Positions 38,503 to 48,323 of a stretch of DNA of 64,000 bases are shown in pieces. The notes under the pieces are model-generated. The model worked only from the letters and a program-made list of their open reading frames with translations. It was not told the origin of the DNA and did not search any database. Positions within the stretch are counted from its first letter, which is position 1; each line of letters opens with the position of its first letter. Origin of the DNA: an uncultured Anaerolineales bacterium (lineage in GTDB: Bacteria > Chloroflexota > Anaerolineae > B4-G1); assembly GCA_964575455.1 (NCBI GenBank), contig CAZNRX010000002.1, positions 35,539 through 99,538 on the forward strand. The letters run 5' to 3'. The position numbers and the translations under genes are program-made.

Positions 38503-40116
38503 ATGTCCGTTCAGGTGACTGCGTCGAACCGGGTGACTGCGTCGACCCAGGTGACTGCGTCGACCCAGGTGACTGCGTCGACCCGGGTTCGTTTTGCCCC
38601 CAGTCCGACAGGGGAACCGCACATTGGCAATATCCGCACCGTGGTGTTCAACTGGCTCTTTGCAAGGCAGCAGGGTGGTCAGTTTATCTTGCGCATTGAG
38701 GATACGGACCGGGAGCGGTATCAGCCCGAGACCGTTCCGGTGATCATGGATGGCCTGCGCTGGCTGGGGTTGGCGTGGGATGAGGGGCCCAGCCAGGAGG
38801 CGCTGAAGCGCTCTGGCGTGCGGGAGGTGGAGGGGCGTCCGTTGTCCAACGGCGGCTCGCTGTCCGCGTACGCCGTAGGCGGACCGCACGGGCCCTACGT
38901 TCAATCCGAGCGGCTGGACATGTATCGCGAGGTCGCTGAGGCGTTGATCAAGCGGGGTTGGGCCTACCGCTGCAATTGCACGCCAGAGCGCCTGGCCCAG
39001 GTGCGCGAGCGTCAGCGAGCCGCGGGCGAGCACGTCATGTACGATCGCCATTGTCGAGATCTGGCCGTGCCCGTATCCCCTGACGAGCCCCACGTGGTCC
39101 GGCTCAAGGTCCCCCTGGAGGGTGAGACGGTCGTCCATGATGCGATCCGGGGGGACATGGCCTTCGACAACAAGCTGGTCGACGACCAGATCCTTCTCAA
39201 GTCTGATGGCTTTCCCACCTATCATCTGGCGGTGGTGGTGGACGATCACGGCATGGAGATCAGCCACGTCATCCGCGGCGACGACTGGATCTCCAGCACG
39301 CCCAAGCGGATCCTCATCTATCGGGCCATGGGCTGGGAGGTTCCGACCTACTGCCACGTTCCCCTGGTGAATGGGCCTGATGGGCAGAAGCTGTCGAAGC
39401 GGCACGGCGCCACGTCGATCACCGAGTTTCAGGATCAGGGGTATCTGCCGGAGGCCCTGTTCAACTTCCTGGCGCTGCTCGGCTGGTCGCCGGGTGAGGG
39501 GGAGGAACAGGAGATCTTCAGCCGCGAGGAGCTGATCGAGCGCTTCGACCTGTTTCGGGTCAACACCTCCCCAGCAACATTCTCCTACGAGAAGCTGAAC
39601 TGGATGAACGGCGTCTACATCCGGAACCTCTCGGAGGAGGAGCTGGTGGAGCGGCTACTTCCCTTCTGGCAGCGGGCGGGGCTGGTGCCCGAGCCCTGTT
39701 CGGAGGATATGCGACCTCGGCTGAGATTGGCCGCGTCGCTGGTACAGGAGCGGCTGAAGACGCTGGGTGAGGTCGTCGAGTGGACGGATTTCATGTTTGG
39801 CGAGATCGAGATGCCGCCGATGGAGCGCTTGGTCCCCAAGAAGATGACGCCGGAGGAGAGCGCCGAGATGCTGCGGGGCGCGCGGCATCTGCTAGCGGAG
39901 ATTGAGCCCTTTGAGGCGGAGAGCATCGAACAGCCGCTGCGCGATCTGACCGATGAGCTGGGCGTCAGCGTGGGGCAGCTGCTTGGCACGCTGCGCTGGG
40001 TCACGACGAACAAAAAGGCGACCCCGCCGCTCTTCGGCACCATGGCCGCCATCGGGCGCGAGCGGGTGCTGAGGCGGCTGGACGCGGCGATTGCGCGGCT
40101 AGAAGAACGTACGTAG
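38503..40116 (+). CDS. gltX: Glutamate--tRNA ligase
   Basis: RFAPSPTG.PHIGN, LRIEDTD, DGFPTYHLA, KLSKRHG. Confidence 0.95.
   Translation: MSVQVTASNRVTASTQVTASTQVTASTRVRFAPSPTGEPHIGNIRTVVFNWLFARQQGGQFILRIEDTDRERYQPETVPVIMDGLRWLGLAWDEGPSQEALKRSGVREVEGRPLSNGGSLSAYAVGGPHGPYVQSERLDMYREVAEALIKRGWAYRCNCTPERLAQVRERQRAAGEHVMYDRHCRDLAVPVSPDEPHVVRLKVPLEGETVVHDAIRGDMAFDNKLVDDQILLKSDGFPTYHLAVVVDDHGMEISHVIRGDDWISSTPKRILIYRAMGWEVPTYCHVPLVNGPDGQKLSKRHGATSITEFQDQGYLPEALFNFLALLGWSPGEGEEQEIFSREELIERFDLFRVNTSPATFSYEKLNWMNGVYIRNLSEEELVERLLPFWQRAGLVPEPCSEDMRPRLRLAASLVQERLKTLGEVVEWTDFMFGEIEMPPMERLVPKKMTPEESAEMLRGARHLLAEIEPFEAESIEQPLRDLTDELGVSVGQLLGTLRWVTTNKKATPPLFGTMAAIGRERVLRRLDAAIARLEERT
38515..38586 (+). repeat. 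4 x 18-bp tandem repeat GTGACTGCGTCGA(A/C)CC(G/A)G at the gltX 5' end
   Basis: Encodes VTASNR-VTASTQ-VTASTQ-VTASTR. Confidence 0.95.
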
Positions 40117-40187
40117 CCTATCCTCGGAGGACGATGCGAGTGGACGTCACTCCTTGGACGACATCGTAGCTTTGCTGGACAACGCCG

Positions 40188-41696
40188 ATGAGGCTTACCC
40201 AGACCCTGAAACAGAGGCCAACGGTATCTCCGCAGCTGATTCTGGCGAATCGGCTGCTCCAGTTCTCGTCGCTTGAACTGGAGCAGGCCATCGCTCAGGA
40301 GTTGGCCGAGAATCCGGCGCTGGATCTGCGCGAGGTTCAACGATGTCCCGTGTGCGGTGCGGCGATATCGGCCGGCACATGTCCCACGTGTGGGGCGGTC
40401 GAAGCTCAGGTCAGGGAGGCGGAGCTTTACCGACGCGAGGTCTTCGAAGGAGGTGGTGGCGCCTTCTCGGGAAACGGCGCTGCGGGCGAGTGGAGCGATC
40501 CCATCTCCCGCTTGCCGTCGAGCACCACGCTGACCGAGCATCTCCTGCGGCAGGCGCGTCTCAGCCTGGCAGGGGAGGACGTTCCCATCGCGCGCCACGT
40601 GATTGGGAGCCTCGATGATCGGGGGTACTTCTCGGGCGACGTGGACGATCTGGCCTCCGAGCTCGGCGTCAAGCGAGGGCGCGTGGAGGAGGTCCTGGCC
40701 GTTATCCAGACACTGGAGCCGGTGGGTATCGCCGCGCGGGATGCTCGCGAGTGTCTCTTGATACAAATCGCGGACCTGGGGAGTGAGAGCCAGCCCCACC
40801 CGGATCGTGTCGAGCGGTCAGTGGCGGAATGTCTGATTCGCGATCACTGGGATAGCCTGGGACGCTCCTCCCTGGTCAGCCTGGGGCGGGAGGTGGGTGC
40901 CTCGGTTGACGAGGTGCGGGGCGCCCTCCGTTTCATCAGAGAGAACCTCAATCCGTTCCCGACGCACACTTGCTGGGCCGATGCGCGGCGGGCGACCTCG
41001 AATGACGAAGCGAAGTGTCCGCAGCCGGACGTCATCATCCGCGAGCGTGAGACCCCAAAGGGGGGTTACGACATCGAGCTGCCGAAGGCGGGCAGCTACA
41101 GCCTGCGCGTCAGAGCATCGTATCGTCGGGCGATGGAGGATGGAGCGAGACGACACGCCTCGAATGGCAATAATGGCTCGCTGGTGCCTGGTCAGCCGAG
41201 TTCGTCGCCCCGCGATCGTGAGGGATGGAAGCGTTGGCAGGAGCTCTGTGGGCGCGCCCGTCTGTTTATGAAGAGCATTGAGCAGCGTTGGGAAACGCTC
41301 TATGAGCTGATGTGCTGTCTGGTCGATTATCAACGCGACTTCCTGATCCACGGCGAGCGGCGTTTGAAGCCTCTGACCCGCGCTCAGGTGGCTGAGATCA
41401 TGGGGGTGCACGAATCGACGGTGAGTCGGGCTGTGGCCGGGAAGTACGTTGAGCTCCCGTGCGGCGAGGTCGTTTCGCTGGACACTTTCTTCGATAGCGC
41501 GGCGCCCCTGAAGCATATGATCGAGGAGCTGATCAATCACGAGGAGACGCCTCTCAGCGATCGGGCGATTGCGGACAGGCTGGCCAAGCGGGGCTACGAT
41601 GTCTCTCGCCGAACAGTGGCGAAGTATCGGAATGCCCTGAACATCCTTCCCTCGACGCTGCGCAAACGGAGCAAGGAGCTTCGCGCGCCGCGATGA
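40188..41696 (+). CDS. rpoN: RNA polymerase sigma-54 factor
   Basis: Gln/Leu-rich region I, LQFSSLEL...ENPAL, EPVGIAARD, HESTVSRA HTH, RpoN box SRRTVAKYR. Confidence 0.95.
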   Translation: MRLTQTLKQRPTVSPQLILANRLLQFSSLELEQAIAQELAENPALDLREVQRCPVCGAAISAGTCPTCGAVEAQVREAELYRREVFEGGGGAFSGNGAAGEWSDPISRLPSSTTLTEHLLRQARLSLAGEDVPIARHVIGSLDDRGYFSGDVDDLASELGVKRGRVEEVLAVIQTLEPVGIAARDARECLLIQIADLGSESQPHPDRVERSVAECLIRDHWDSLGRSSLVSLGREVGASVDEVRGALRFIRENLNPFPTHTCWADARRATSNDEAKCPQPDVIIRERETPKGGYDIELPKAGSYSLRVRASYRRAMEDGARRHASNGNNGSLVPGQPSSSPRDREGWKRWQELCGRARLFMKSIEQRWETLYELMCCLVDYQRDFLIHGERRLKPLTRAQVAEIMGVHESTVSRAVAGKYVELPCGEVVSLDTFFDSAAPLKHMIEELINHEETPLSDRAIADRLAKRGYDVSRRTVAKYRNALNILPSTLRKRSKELRAPR

Positions 41697-41700
41697 AAAC

Positions 41701-43047
41701 GTGGATGCCACAACTCTCGGTTCTCGACTCAGAATAGACCGGGCTCACGAACAACTTCTGTCTCTGGGGCATCGGGATTGCTCTGAGACGAGCATAGATG
41801 CTACGAGGATGTTCTTGAACGCTTACCTAGATACCAAGAACCTTCTCCTCGCGTGTCCTCTGTTGATTCTGATGCCTATCATCGTCGTTCTTGGCCTCGT
41901 AGGATGTCTCTCTGAGCCCGAGACCGGCGAAGGTCTATCCCCATCATCAGGTCAGACGCTCTACGTCTCTAGTTCCTCCCATTGCGCCGGTCGACGTCCC
42001 TGCTATGCGAGCATTCAGGACGCCGTGGATGCTGCCTCTGAAGGGGATGTGATCAAGGTCGCACGAGGCATCTACACGACGACTTCAGAGTCGCAGGTGG
42101 TCAGCATTGAGCAAGGTCTCCGGCTGGTGGGCGGATACCGGGTTGACGACTGGTCTCGATCCTGCCCGACCGTCGAGCCGGCGATCATCGACGCTGGTCA
42201 GGTGTCGGGGCGCCGTGGCGTCTCTATCGATGGGAACGGTGTCTCGACGATCACGGTGAAAGGCTTTCTGATACGGCACGGGGGCGTCGGGGTATCCGAC
42301 GGAGGGGGTGTCCACGTGGCGGGTGGGTCGGTTGTCCTGGAGGACGATGTGATCGAGGCGTGCACCGCCGACGCTCGTGGGGGTGCTCTATTCATCGCCG
42401 ATGGTGACGTCCGACTCAGACACAACACCTTAAGGGGCAATGCGGCGCGGTACGGCGGTGCTCTCTACGTCGATGGGGGGAGCGTCGTGCTGGCGCGCAA
42501 CATCGTTATGCACAACGAGGCACCGCCGGTAGGTGGAGCGATTGCCATCAATGGGGGAATCGTGACGGGGACCAATGATGTCGTGGCCGAGAACGCGCTG
42601 GCGGGCGCGGGCATCTATCTATCTGGTGGTCACCTCACGGCCAGCCACTGGACCCTCGTCAACAACGGTCGCTACGGCATCATCGCTGATCTTGGTGTCG
42701 ACATCGAGAGCGGCTCGGTCACCCTGCATAAGAGCATCATTGCCTCGCACAAGGGGGGGCTTTGTGGGGCTGGCGTGGAAGCCCGACAAACCCTCTTTCA
42801 TCGTGTGAGTGATCCGTGTATCGCGGGGGCTTCATGCGTGAACAATCTCTTTGGCGACCCGAAGTTCGTCGATCCGTCGGCCGGCGACTATCACATCGCA
42901 GCTGGTTCGGCCGCTGTGGATCGGGGCTACAGCCTGGATGTCGCCCAGGATATGGACGGGGACATGCGACCGGTTGGGACAGCTTCCGATATCGGCGCCG
43001 ACGAGACTGAGCCGCACCGGGTGTATCTGCCGCTGGTGGTCCGATAG
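41701..43047 (+). CDS. Secreted/lipoprotein right-handed beta-helix protein with C-terminal VYLPLVVR motif
   Basis: Hydrophobic segment ending LVGC, SIQDAVDAA, GG-rich repeats, DPKFVDP..GDYHI...S.AVD.G, DIGADE; start uncertain (may be near 41810-41875). Confidence 0.65.
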   Translation: MDATTLGSRLRIDRAHEQLLSLGHRDCSETSIDATRMFLNAYLDTKNLLLACPLLILMPIIVVLGLVGCLSEPETGEGLSPSSGQTLYVSSSSHCAGRRPCYASIQDAVDAASEGDVIKVARGIYTTTSESQVVSIEQGLRLVGGYRVDDWSRSCPTVEPAIIDAGQVSGRRGVSIDGNGVSTITVKGFLIRHGGVGVSDGGGVHVAGGSVVLEDDVIEACTADARGGALFIADGDVRLRHNTLRGNAARYGGALYVDGGSVVLARNIVMHNEAPPVGGAIAINGGIVTGTNDVVAENALAGAGIYLSGGHLTASHWTLVNNGRYGIIADLGVDIESGSVTLHKSIIASHKGGLCGAGVEARQTLFHRVSDPCIAGASCVNNLFGDPKFVDPSAGDYHIAAGSAAVDRGYSLDVAQDMDGDMRPVGTASDIGADETEPHRVYLPLVVR

Positions 43048-43088
43048 GTCGGCTCCCGTAGGCCCTCAGCCATCCGCTGAGTGGGGAT

Positions 43089-43117
43089 TTGACAATATCG
43101 TCCAGTTTCACTATAAC
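43089..43117 (+). promoter_or_regulatory. Sigma70-type promoter TTGACA-17-TATAAC
   Basis: Near-consensus, about 60 bp upstream of the NtrC-family gene. Confidence 0.75.
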
Positions 43118-43177
43118 TCATTGGTGGACACGAAGGGCACGAAGGAGGCTTCAGGCGCTATCTGAGGGAGGCGAGGG

Positions 43178-44563
43178 ATGACGGCTACAATTCTGACCAT
43201 TGATGACGATGAGATGATACGCTCCTTCTTTGGCGATATCCTCGAGGAGGAGGGATATGAGGTTCTCTCGGCCGCGACAGGGGCTGAGGGTCAGACCATC
43301 TTGCGCCAGAAACCGGTGGACATCGTCTTGCTCGATCTGCGTCTCCCCGACGTCGATGGTCTGGTTATCTTGCGAAGGATCAGGCGGCAGGCGTTGAACG
43401 TTCACGTCATCGTGCTAACCGCCTACGGCGCTGTGCCCAGCGCGGTAGAGGCGATGAAACTGGGAGCGTATGACTACATCGACAAGCCGTCCGACGCCTC
43501 GAAGCTGAAGCTGGTTATCAAGAGGGCGCTCAGAGAGCTCGCCATGCAGCGAGAGATCGAGCGCCTGCGAGAGAAAGCCAGTGGCTACTCCGGGGGATGG
43601 ATCATTGGGGAGCACGAGGAGATGCGGCGCATCGCAAGGCTGGTCGATAAGGTGGCCAAGGGCAAGGCCACGGTCCTCCTTCAGGGTGAGAGCGGGACCG
43701 GCAAGGAGGTCGTCGCGCGTGCGATCCACGAACAGAGCCCTCGCGACGAGAGGCCCTTCACGCCCATCAACTGTGCCGCCATACCTGAGGACCTCCTGGA
43801 GAGCGAGCTTTTTGGTTTCGAGGAGGGGGCTTTCACCGGAGCGACGCGTCGCAAGAGGGGCCTGCTCGAGGTGGCCGACGGAGGGACGTTGTTCCTGGAT
43901 GAGATCGGAGAGATGCCGCCGAAGATGCAGGCGAAGATGCTGCGGGTCGTGGAGACGCAGACGCTTCGCCGCATTGGTGGGACCAGGGATGTCAAGGTCG
44001 ACGTTCGATTCATCGCTGCCTCCAATCGGGACTTGAAAGCGGCCATCGAGGAGGGGGCCTTCCGCGAGGATCTCTACTATCGCCTTGGGGTGGTCGTCAT
44101 AGATCTGCCGCCGCTCCGTGAAAGGATGGAGGACCTGGAGCTCTTCGTGGCGGCCTTCATCGACGAGTTCAACCGGGCGATGGGGAGAAGCATCGCAGGC
44201 GTTAGCAGGGAGGCCCTCCGGGTGATGAGGCGTTATTCCTGGCCGGGGAACATCCGGGAGCTGCGGAACGTGATTGAGCGCGCAATGGTGCTCTGCGAGC
44301 AGGAGGAGATACAGACGGCCCATCTGCCCGCTGAGCTCAGTAGGTCAGGGTTGCTTCCCGACGTTGATCCTGACGGTCTAAGATCCCCCCAAAACCTGCC
44401 ACCTGACGGTCTCGATCTCACGGACGTGGTGGTCAGCTTGGAGCAACGTTTCATTGAGGAGGCTCTGGAGCGCACCGGCGGGAACCAGACGGAGGCCGCG
44501 AAGCTCCTCTCTATCTCTCGGGATCAACTGCGGTACCGCCTTGAGAAGTACGGCCTGGTCTGA
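43178..44563 (+). CDS. Sigma54-dependent response regulator (NtrC/AtoC family bEBP)
   Basis: REC, GESGTGKE, intact GAFTGA, LFLDEIGE, WPGNIRELRN, Fis-type HTH. Confidence 0.95.
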   Translation: MTATILTIDDDEMIRSFFGDILEEEGYEVLSAATGAEGQTILRQKPVDIVLLDLRLPDVDGLVILRRIRRQALNVHVIVLTAYGAVPSAVEAMKLGAYDYIDKPSDASKLKLVIKRALRELAMQREIERLREKASGYSGGWIIGEHEEMRRIARLVDKVAKGKATVLLQGESGTGKEVVARAIHEQSPRDERPFTPINCAAIPEDLLESELFGFEEGAFTGATRRKRGLLEVADGGTLFLDEIGEMPPKMQAKMLRVVETQTLRRIGGTRDVKVDVRFIAASNRDLKAAIEEGAFREDLYYRLGVVVIDLPPLRERMEDLELFVAAFIDEFNRAMGRSIAGVSREALRVMRRYSWPGNIRELRNVIERAMVLCEQEEIQTAHLPAELSRSGLLPDVDPDGLRSPQNLPPDGLDLTDVVVSLEQRFIEEALERTGGNQTEAAKLLSISRDQLRYRLEKYGLV

Positions 44564-44881
44564 GCGCGGGAGTAGACGCCACTCCTGAGCAGTTCGACGG
44601 CGTGTGGATTTTTCCCCAACCTGGGGAAAATCTCTCCCATCCTCGCTTTCCGTCCCCAAAGAAGCACCCTGTGCTCTCGCTGCTCTTGGGTCCTATGAGG
44701 GGCATTTCGCCTCTTGCCGCTGCTGATCGGCTTTCATCTCCCTTTTTTGTCGGCTGTAACCATTGTCTCAGTTGGCCGTCCACGCATGTTAGGGCCTGAG
44801 TTCCTCTCTGCCCGTTGCCATTTTCTCAACTGATCATCAACACGATGACTTCTTGGAATCCACGCCCCTCGGGGGAGGGTC

Positions 44882-44896
44882 TGGCACGCTTCTTGC
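44882..44896 (+). promoter_or_regulatory. Sigma54 (-24/-12) promoter TGGCACGCTTCTTGC
   Basis: Exact TGGCAC-N5-TTGC, GG and GC 10 bp apart, about 50 bp upstream of the kinase ORF. Confidence 0.85.
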
Positions 44897-44946
44897 GACA
44901 ATAATAGAGTGAATCAACTTGAGTTCTGATCTCACAGGGGTATGAC

Positions 44947-47900
44947 ATGAGTTTTGAGATTTGGGTGCCTTGGAAGAGCTTAGTCTTTCTTGATCCGACT
45001 GGTATGGAGATCGCGCTTCTCGCCCTCACCGGGCTGGGGGCGATCCTGCTTTTCCTCTCCTCCCGTCGTGAGTGTGTAGAGGCCGTGCGATCCCGTCGGG
45101 GCGCGTTCTTGCTCGTGGGGCTCGCCATGCTTCCGCTGGTCACCACCCGCCTTCTGGCGGTTCGTCTCTCGGCGATGAGCCCGCCGCCGCTTCCCAACAT
45201 CCCGTTGAACCCCACGTTGCCCTTCGCGGCGTTGCTGACGGTCTGGCCGATTCTCGCCGCTGGGATCTGGCTTGGCGCAGGATCCGCGCTTCTGGTGGGC
45301 GGAGTCAGTGGCCTGCTGCGGGCCGGTACCGTGACCAGCGGCATCGCAGATCCGCTTCACCTCGCTCTGTTTGGCTTCCTCGTGGCTCGCCTCTTGCGGC
45401 AGCGGCGTCAAGGTTGGCTGGAGCAGTTGGCTCGCCAACCTCTTGCCGCATCCCTGCTGGCGACGCCCATTGCAGGAGGCTTGCTGTTCCTTTCGGCTTG
45501 GGCTCGCGTGGCGCACTCAGGGCTGGCCGGTTTTGACTATGCTCTGCAGTTCGCGCAGGTGCGCACCGGCGGTCTTCTGCTCGAGGCCCTATCGGCAGGC
45601 GCTGTTGCTCAGATACTCTTCTCCATCAATCCGTCGTTACGTCCGGTTCAGGAAGCGGATCGTCTTTCCTGGTTCCGCCGCAGCCTCCATCGGAAGCTCC
45701 TGGTCGTTGTGGTGCCTCTGATCTTGGTTACGACCTTCGTGCTCCTCTACGCTGTGACGACCGTGACGCTGCGCGGGGCGAGGGCGGAGGCCGTGAAAGA
45801 CCTGGCGCGTGACGCTCACAGTGCCGCTGATGAGATTCCTAACTTCATTCATACCGGTCAGGGGCTCCTTGCGGAGTTCGCCAAGGATGAGCGACTATCG
45901 AGCGACGATCGTGACGAGCTGGAGGCGCTCTTGGAGAGCGATCTTCGCATGGGGGCGTTCTTCGATCATCTCATGCTGTTCGACCCCGATGGAGAGCTGG
46001 TGTCCATGTATCCCCCGGCACCGACGGGCAACCCGGAGCTGACCGTTCAGGAAGAGGATCTGTTGGCACGGGTCTTGATGAACGGCGCTCCCCAGATTAG
46101 CTCGGGACATAAGTCGCATTGGGATGAGGCACTTCTGTCGTTCCTGATGCCGACAAGGTCGAGGACGGGGGACCCGTCGCGTTTCGGTGCCCTGGTTGGA
46201 CGCACGCATCTCCAGGCCAATCCCGCCATGGAGGGCATACTCGCAGATCTCCAGTGGGCCAGCGGCCGCGGCGAGGGGTTTGTGGTGGATGAGGGAGGAC
46301 ACATCGTAGCTCATCCTGATCCCGGCATGGTCCTGTCCCTATGGCAGAAGGATCAATATCGCGACTGCATCGCCGACGCAGGGCCTCAGGGTCTCGTCTG
46401 TGAGGGTCGCGATCCGGTGCGCAATACCCGTGAGTTGCTCTACTACCTGCCGGCTGATGGGTATCCTTGGTCCGTGGTGATTCGTCTTCCCTATGAGGTT
46501 GTCCTTAACCAGGCCAGAAAGGTCGCTGTGCCTCTGCTTGTGCTGCAAGGTGTCTTTGGAGCTGGGCTAGTGCTTGCCATTGTCCTCGTCGTCGGTCGTA
46601 TGACAGGCCCGCTCAAGCAACTGGCGAACGCTGCTGAGCGCATCGCGAAGGGCGGCCTCATGAAGTCAATCGACGTAAGCGGGGCCGATGAGGTGGGCCG
46701 GCTGGGGCTCACGCTTGAGGAGATGCGCGCGCGGCTTCAGGACCGCATGAGCGATCTATCCTTGCTCCTCGAAGTCAGTCAGGCGGTATCATCGACGTTG
46801 GATCTCTCAACAGGCCTTTCATTTGTGCTCGAAGGCGCTTTGGAAGGAACGAATGCCGACGTGGCGCGCGCTGTGCTCGTCGGCGATGGGAATCCCTCGG
46901 AGACGGTGATTTCCAGGGGGGAAGCCATCGAGGGCCTGGATGAGATCGAACGCGCTCTGGTCGCACAGGTCGAGGATCGAGGGAGCCCGGTCGCCTTCCC
47001 AGGCCTGGGAGAGGCTGCGGAGTTGATCAGATCCCAGGGGCTTGCCGGACCCATTGAAGCGGCCGTCGCGCTGCCGGTGTGCACCAAGGACCGAATGCTG
47101 GCCGTAATCTGGATAGGATACACAGGTGCCCACCGATTCGAGATGTCGAAGATGAATTTCCTGTCAATGTTGACCAATCAAGTAGCGGTCTTGGTCGAGA
47201 ACGCTCGTCTCTTCCAGGCGGTCGAGGGCGAAAGGACGCGGCTGGCGGCGATCTTGGAGAGTGTCTCCGATGTGGTTCTGGTCACTGACCAGGAGGATCG
47301 GGTGTTGTTGGTCAACTCTGCTGCGGAACAAGCGTTTGACATCAAGTCCGAGGCCGTCCTGGGCCGGAGGCTAGAGCAGACAGATCTGGCGCCCGAGGTA
47401 GTGGACGCCATCGTAGGAGCATCTTCCACAGAGGCGCCGTCGCGGGAGCTTTTGCTTCCCAGTGGGCGTGTGTTGTACGCCGATGTGTCCACGATAGAGA
47501 GCTCTCAAGGTGAGCAGTTGGGGCGGGTGGTCGTCATGCGCGATATCACGCGCTTCAAGGAGCTGGATGATATGAAATCCGAGTTCCTGGCCACTGTATC
47601 CCACGATCTCCGGGCGCCGCTGACCTTCATGCGTGGCTATGCTGATCGACTCGACGTGGTCGGCGAGCTTAACGAGAAGCAGGAGCTCTACGTCGAGAGT
47701 ATTCTGAAGGGCGTGCAGCGGATCGATGACCTGGTGCTTGAGCTGCTTGACCTGAGCCGCATCGAGGCTGGCTTGGGTGTGGAGAGAAGGCCTTGCCACC
47801 TGGGTGTGATCGTGGCTGAGGCTGTGAGCAGCCTGCGGGCGCGAGCGACGGAGAAAGGCGTCTCATTGCAGATCCAGCCTCCGCTCAACCTCTCAGATGG

Positions 47901-48309
47901 GGGAGGAGACGGCCTAGTCTCTGGCGATAGAGCGCTTCTTCGCCAGGCGATTGTCAACTTGCTGGATAACGCGATTAAGTACACGTCGCCTGGCGGGAAA
48001 GTGGCGGCAGGCTTGTCGATCAAGGCGCGCAACGGCAGGAATCAGGCTACGATCCACGTGACAGATACGGGTATTGGCATCGGGCCTGATGAGCAGGTAC
48101 GTCTCTTCGAGAAGTTCTACCGCACAAAGCGGGGCGATCAGTCGGGGGCTTCGGGAACGGGGCTGGGGCTGGCCATCGTTAAGTCGGTCGTGGAACGGCA
48201 CGAGGGCAAGGTGTGGGTGGAAAGCGAGGTGGACGCGGGCAGCACGTTCTATGTCAGCCTGCCGCTCGTCACGGATGAGTCGTTCAATGTGGAGACGTCG
48301 CATCAATGA
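44947..48309 (+). CDS. Membrane sensor histidine kinase (multi-TM, Cache-like, HAMP, GAF, PAS, HisKA, HATPase)
   Basis: SHDLRAPLT H-box, NLLDNAIKY, DTGIGI, GTGLGL; DEVGRLG HAMP motif. Confidence 0.9.
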   Translation: MSFEIWVPWKSLVFLDPTGMEIALLALTGLGAILLFLSSRRECVEAVRSRRGAFLLVGLAMLPLVTTRLLAVRLSAMSPPPLPNIPLNPTLPFAALLTVWPILAAGIWLGAGSALLVGGVSGLLRAGTVTSGIADPLHLALFGFLVARLLRQRRQGWLEQLARQPLAASLLATPIAGGLLFLSAWARVAHSGLAGFDYALQFAQVRTGGLLLEALSAGAVAQILFSINPSLRPVQEADRLSWFRRSLHRKLLVVVVPLILVTTFVLLYAVTTVTLRGARAEAVKDLARDAHSAADEIPNFIHTGQGLLAEFAKDERLSSDDRDELEALLESDLRMGAFFDHLMLFDPDGELVSMYPPAPTGNPELTVQEEDLLARVLMNGAPQISSGHKSHWDEALLSFLMPTRSRTGDPSRFGALVGRTHLQANPAMEGILADLQWASGRGEGFVVDEGGHIVAHPDPGMVLSLWQKDQYRDCIADAGPQGLVCEGRDPVRNTRELLYYLPADGYPWSVVIRLPYEVVLNQARKVAVPLLVLQGVFGAGLVLAIVLVVGRMTGPLKQLANAAERIAKGGLMKSIDVSGADEVGRLGLTLEEMRARLQDRMSDLSLLLEVSQAVSSTLDLSTGLSFVLEGALEGTNADVARAVLVGDGNPSETVISRGEAIEGLDEIERALVAQVEDRGSPVAFPGLGEAAELIRSQGLAGPIEAAVALPVCTKDRMLAVIWIGYTGAHRFEMSKMNFLSMLTNQVAVLVENARLFQAVEGERTRLAAILESVSDVVLVTDQEDRVLLVNSAAEQAFDIKSEAVLGRRLEQTDLAPEVVDAIVGASSTEAPSRELLLPSGRVLYADVSTIESSQGEQLGRVVVMRDITRFKELDDMKSEFLATVSHDLRAPLTFMRGYADRLDVVGELNEKQELYVESILKGVQRIDDLVLELLDLSRIEAGLGVERRPCHLGVIVAEAVSSLRARATEKGVSLQIQPPLNLSDGGGDGLVSGDRALLRQAIVNLLDNAIKYTSPGGKVAAGLSIKARNGRNQATIHVTDTGIGIGPDEQVRLFEKFYRTKRGDQSGASGTGLGLAIVKSVVERHEGKVWVESEVDAGSTFYVSLPLVTDESFNVETSHQ

Positions 48310-48323
48310 TCGGAGGGATAGAC

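Noticed and set aside
38515-38586. Possible CRISPR array at the gltX 5' end
   Set aside because: Contiguous 18-bp in-frame tandem repeat with no spacers; no cas genes in the window.
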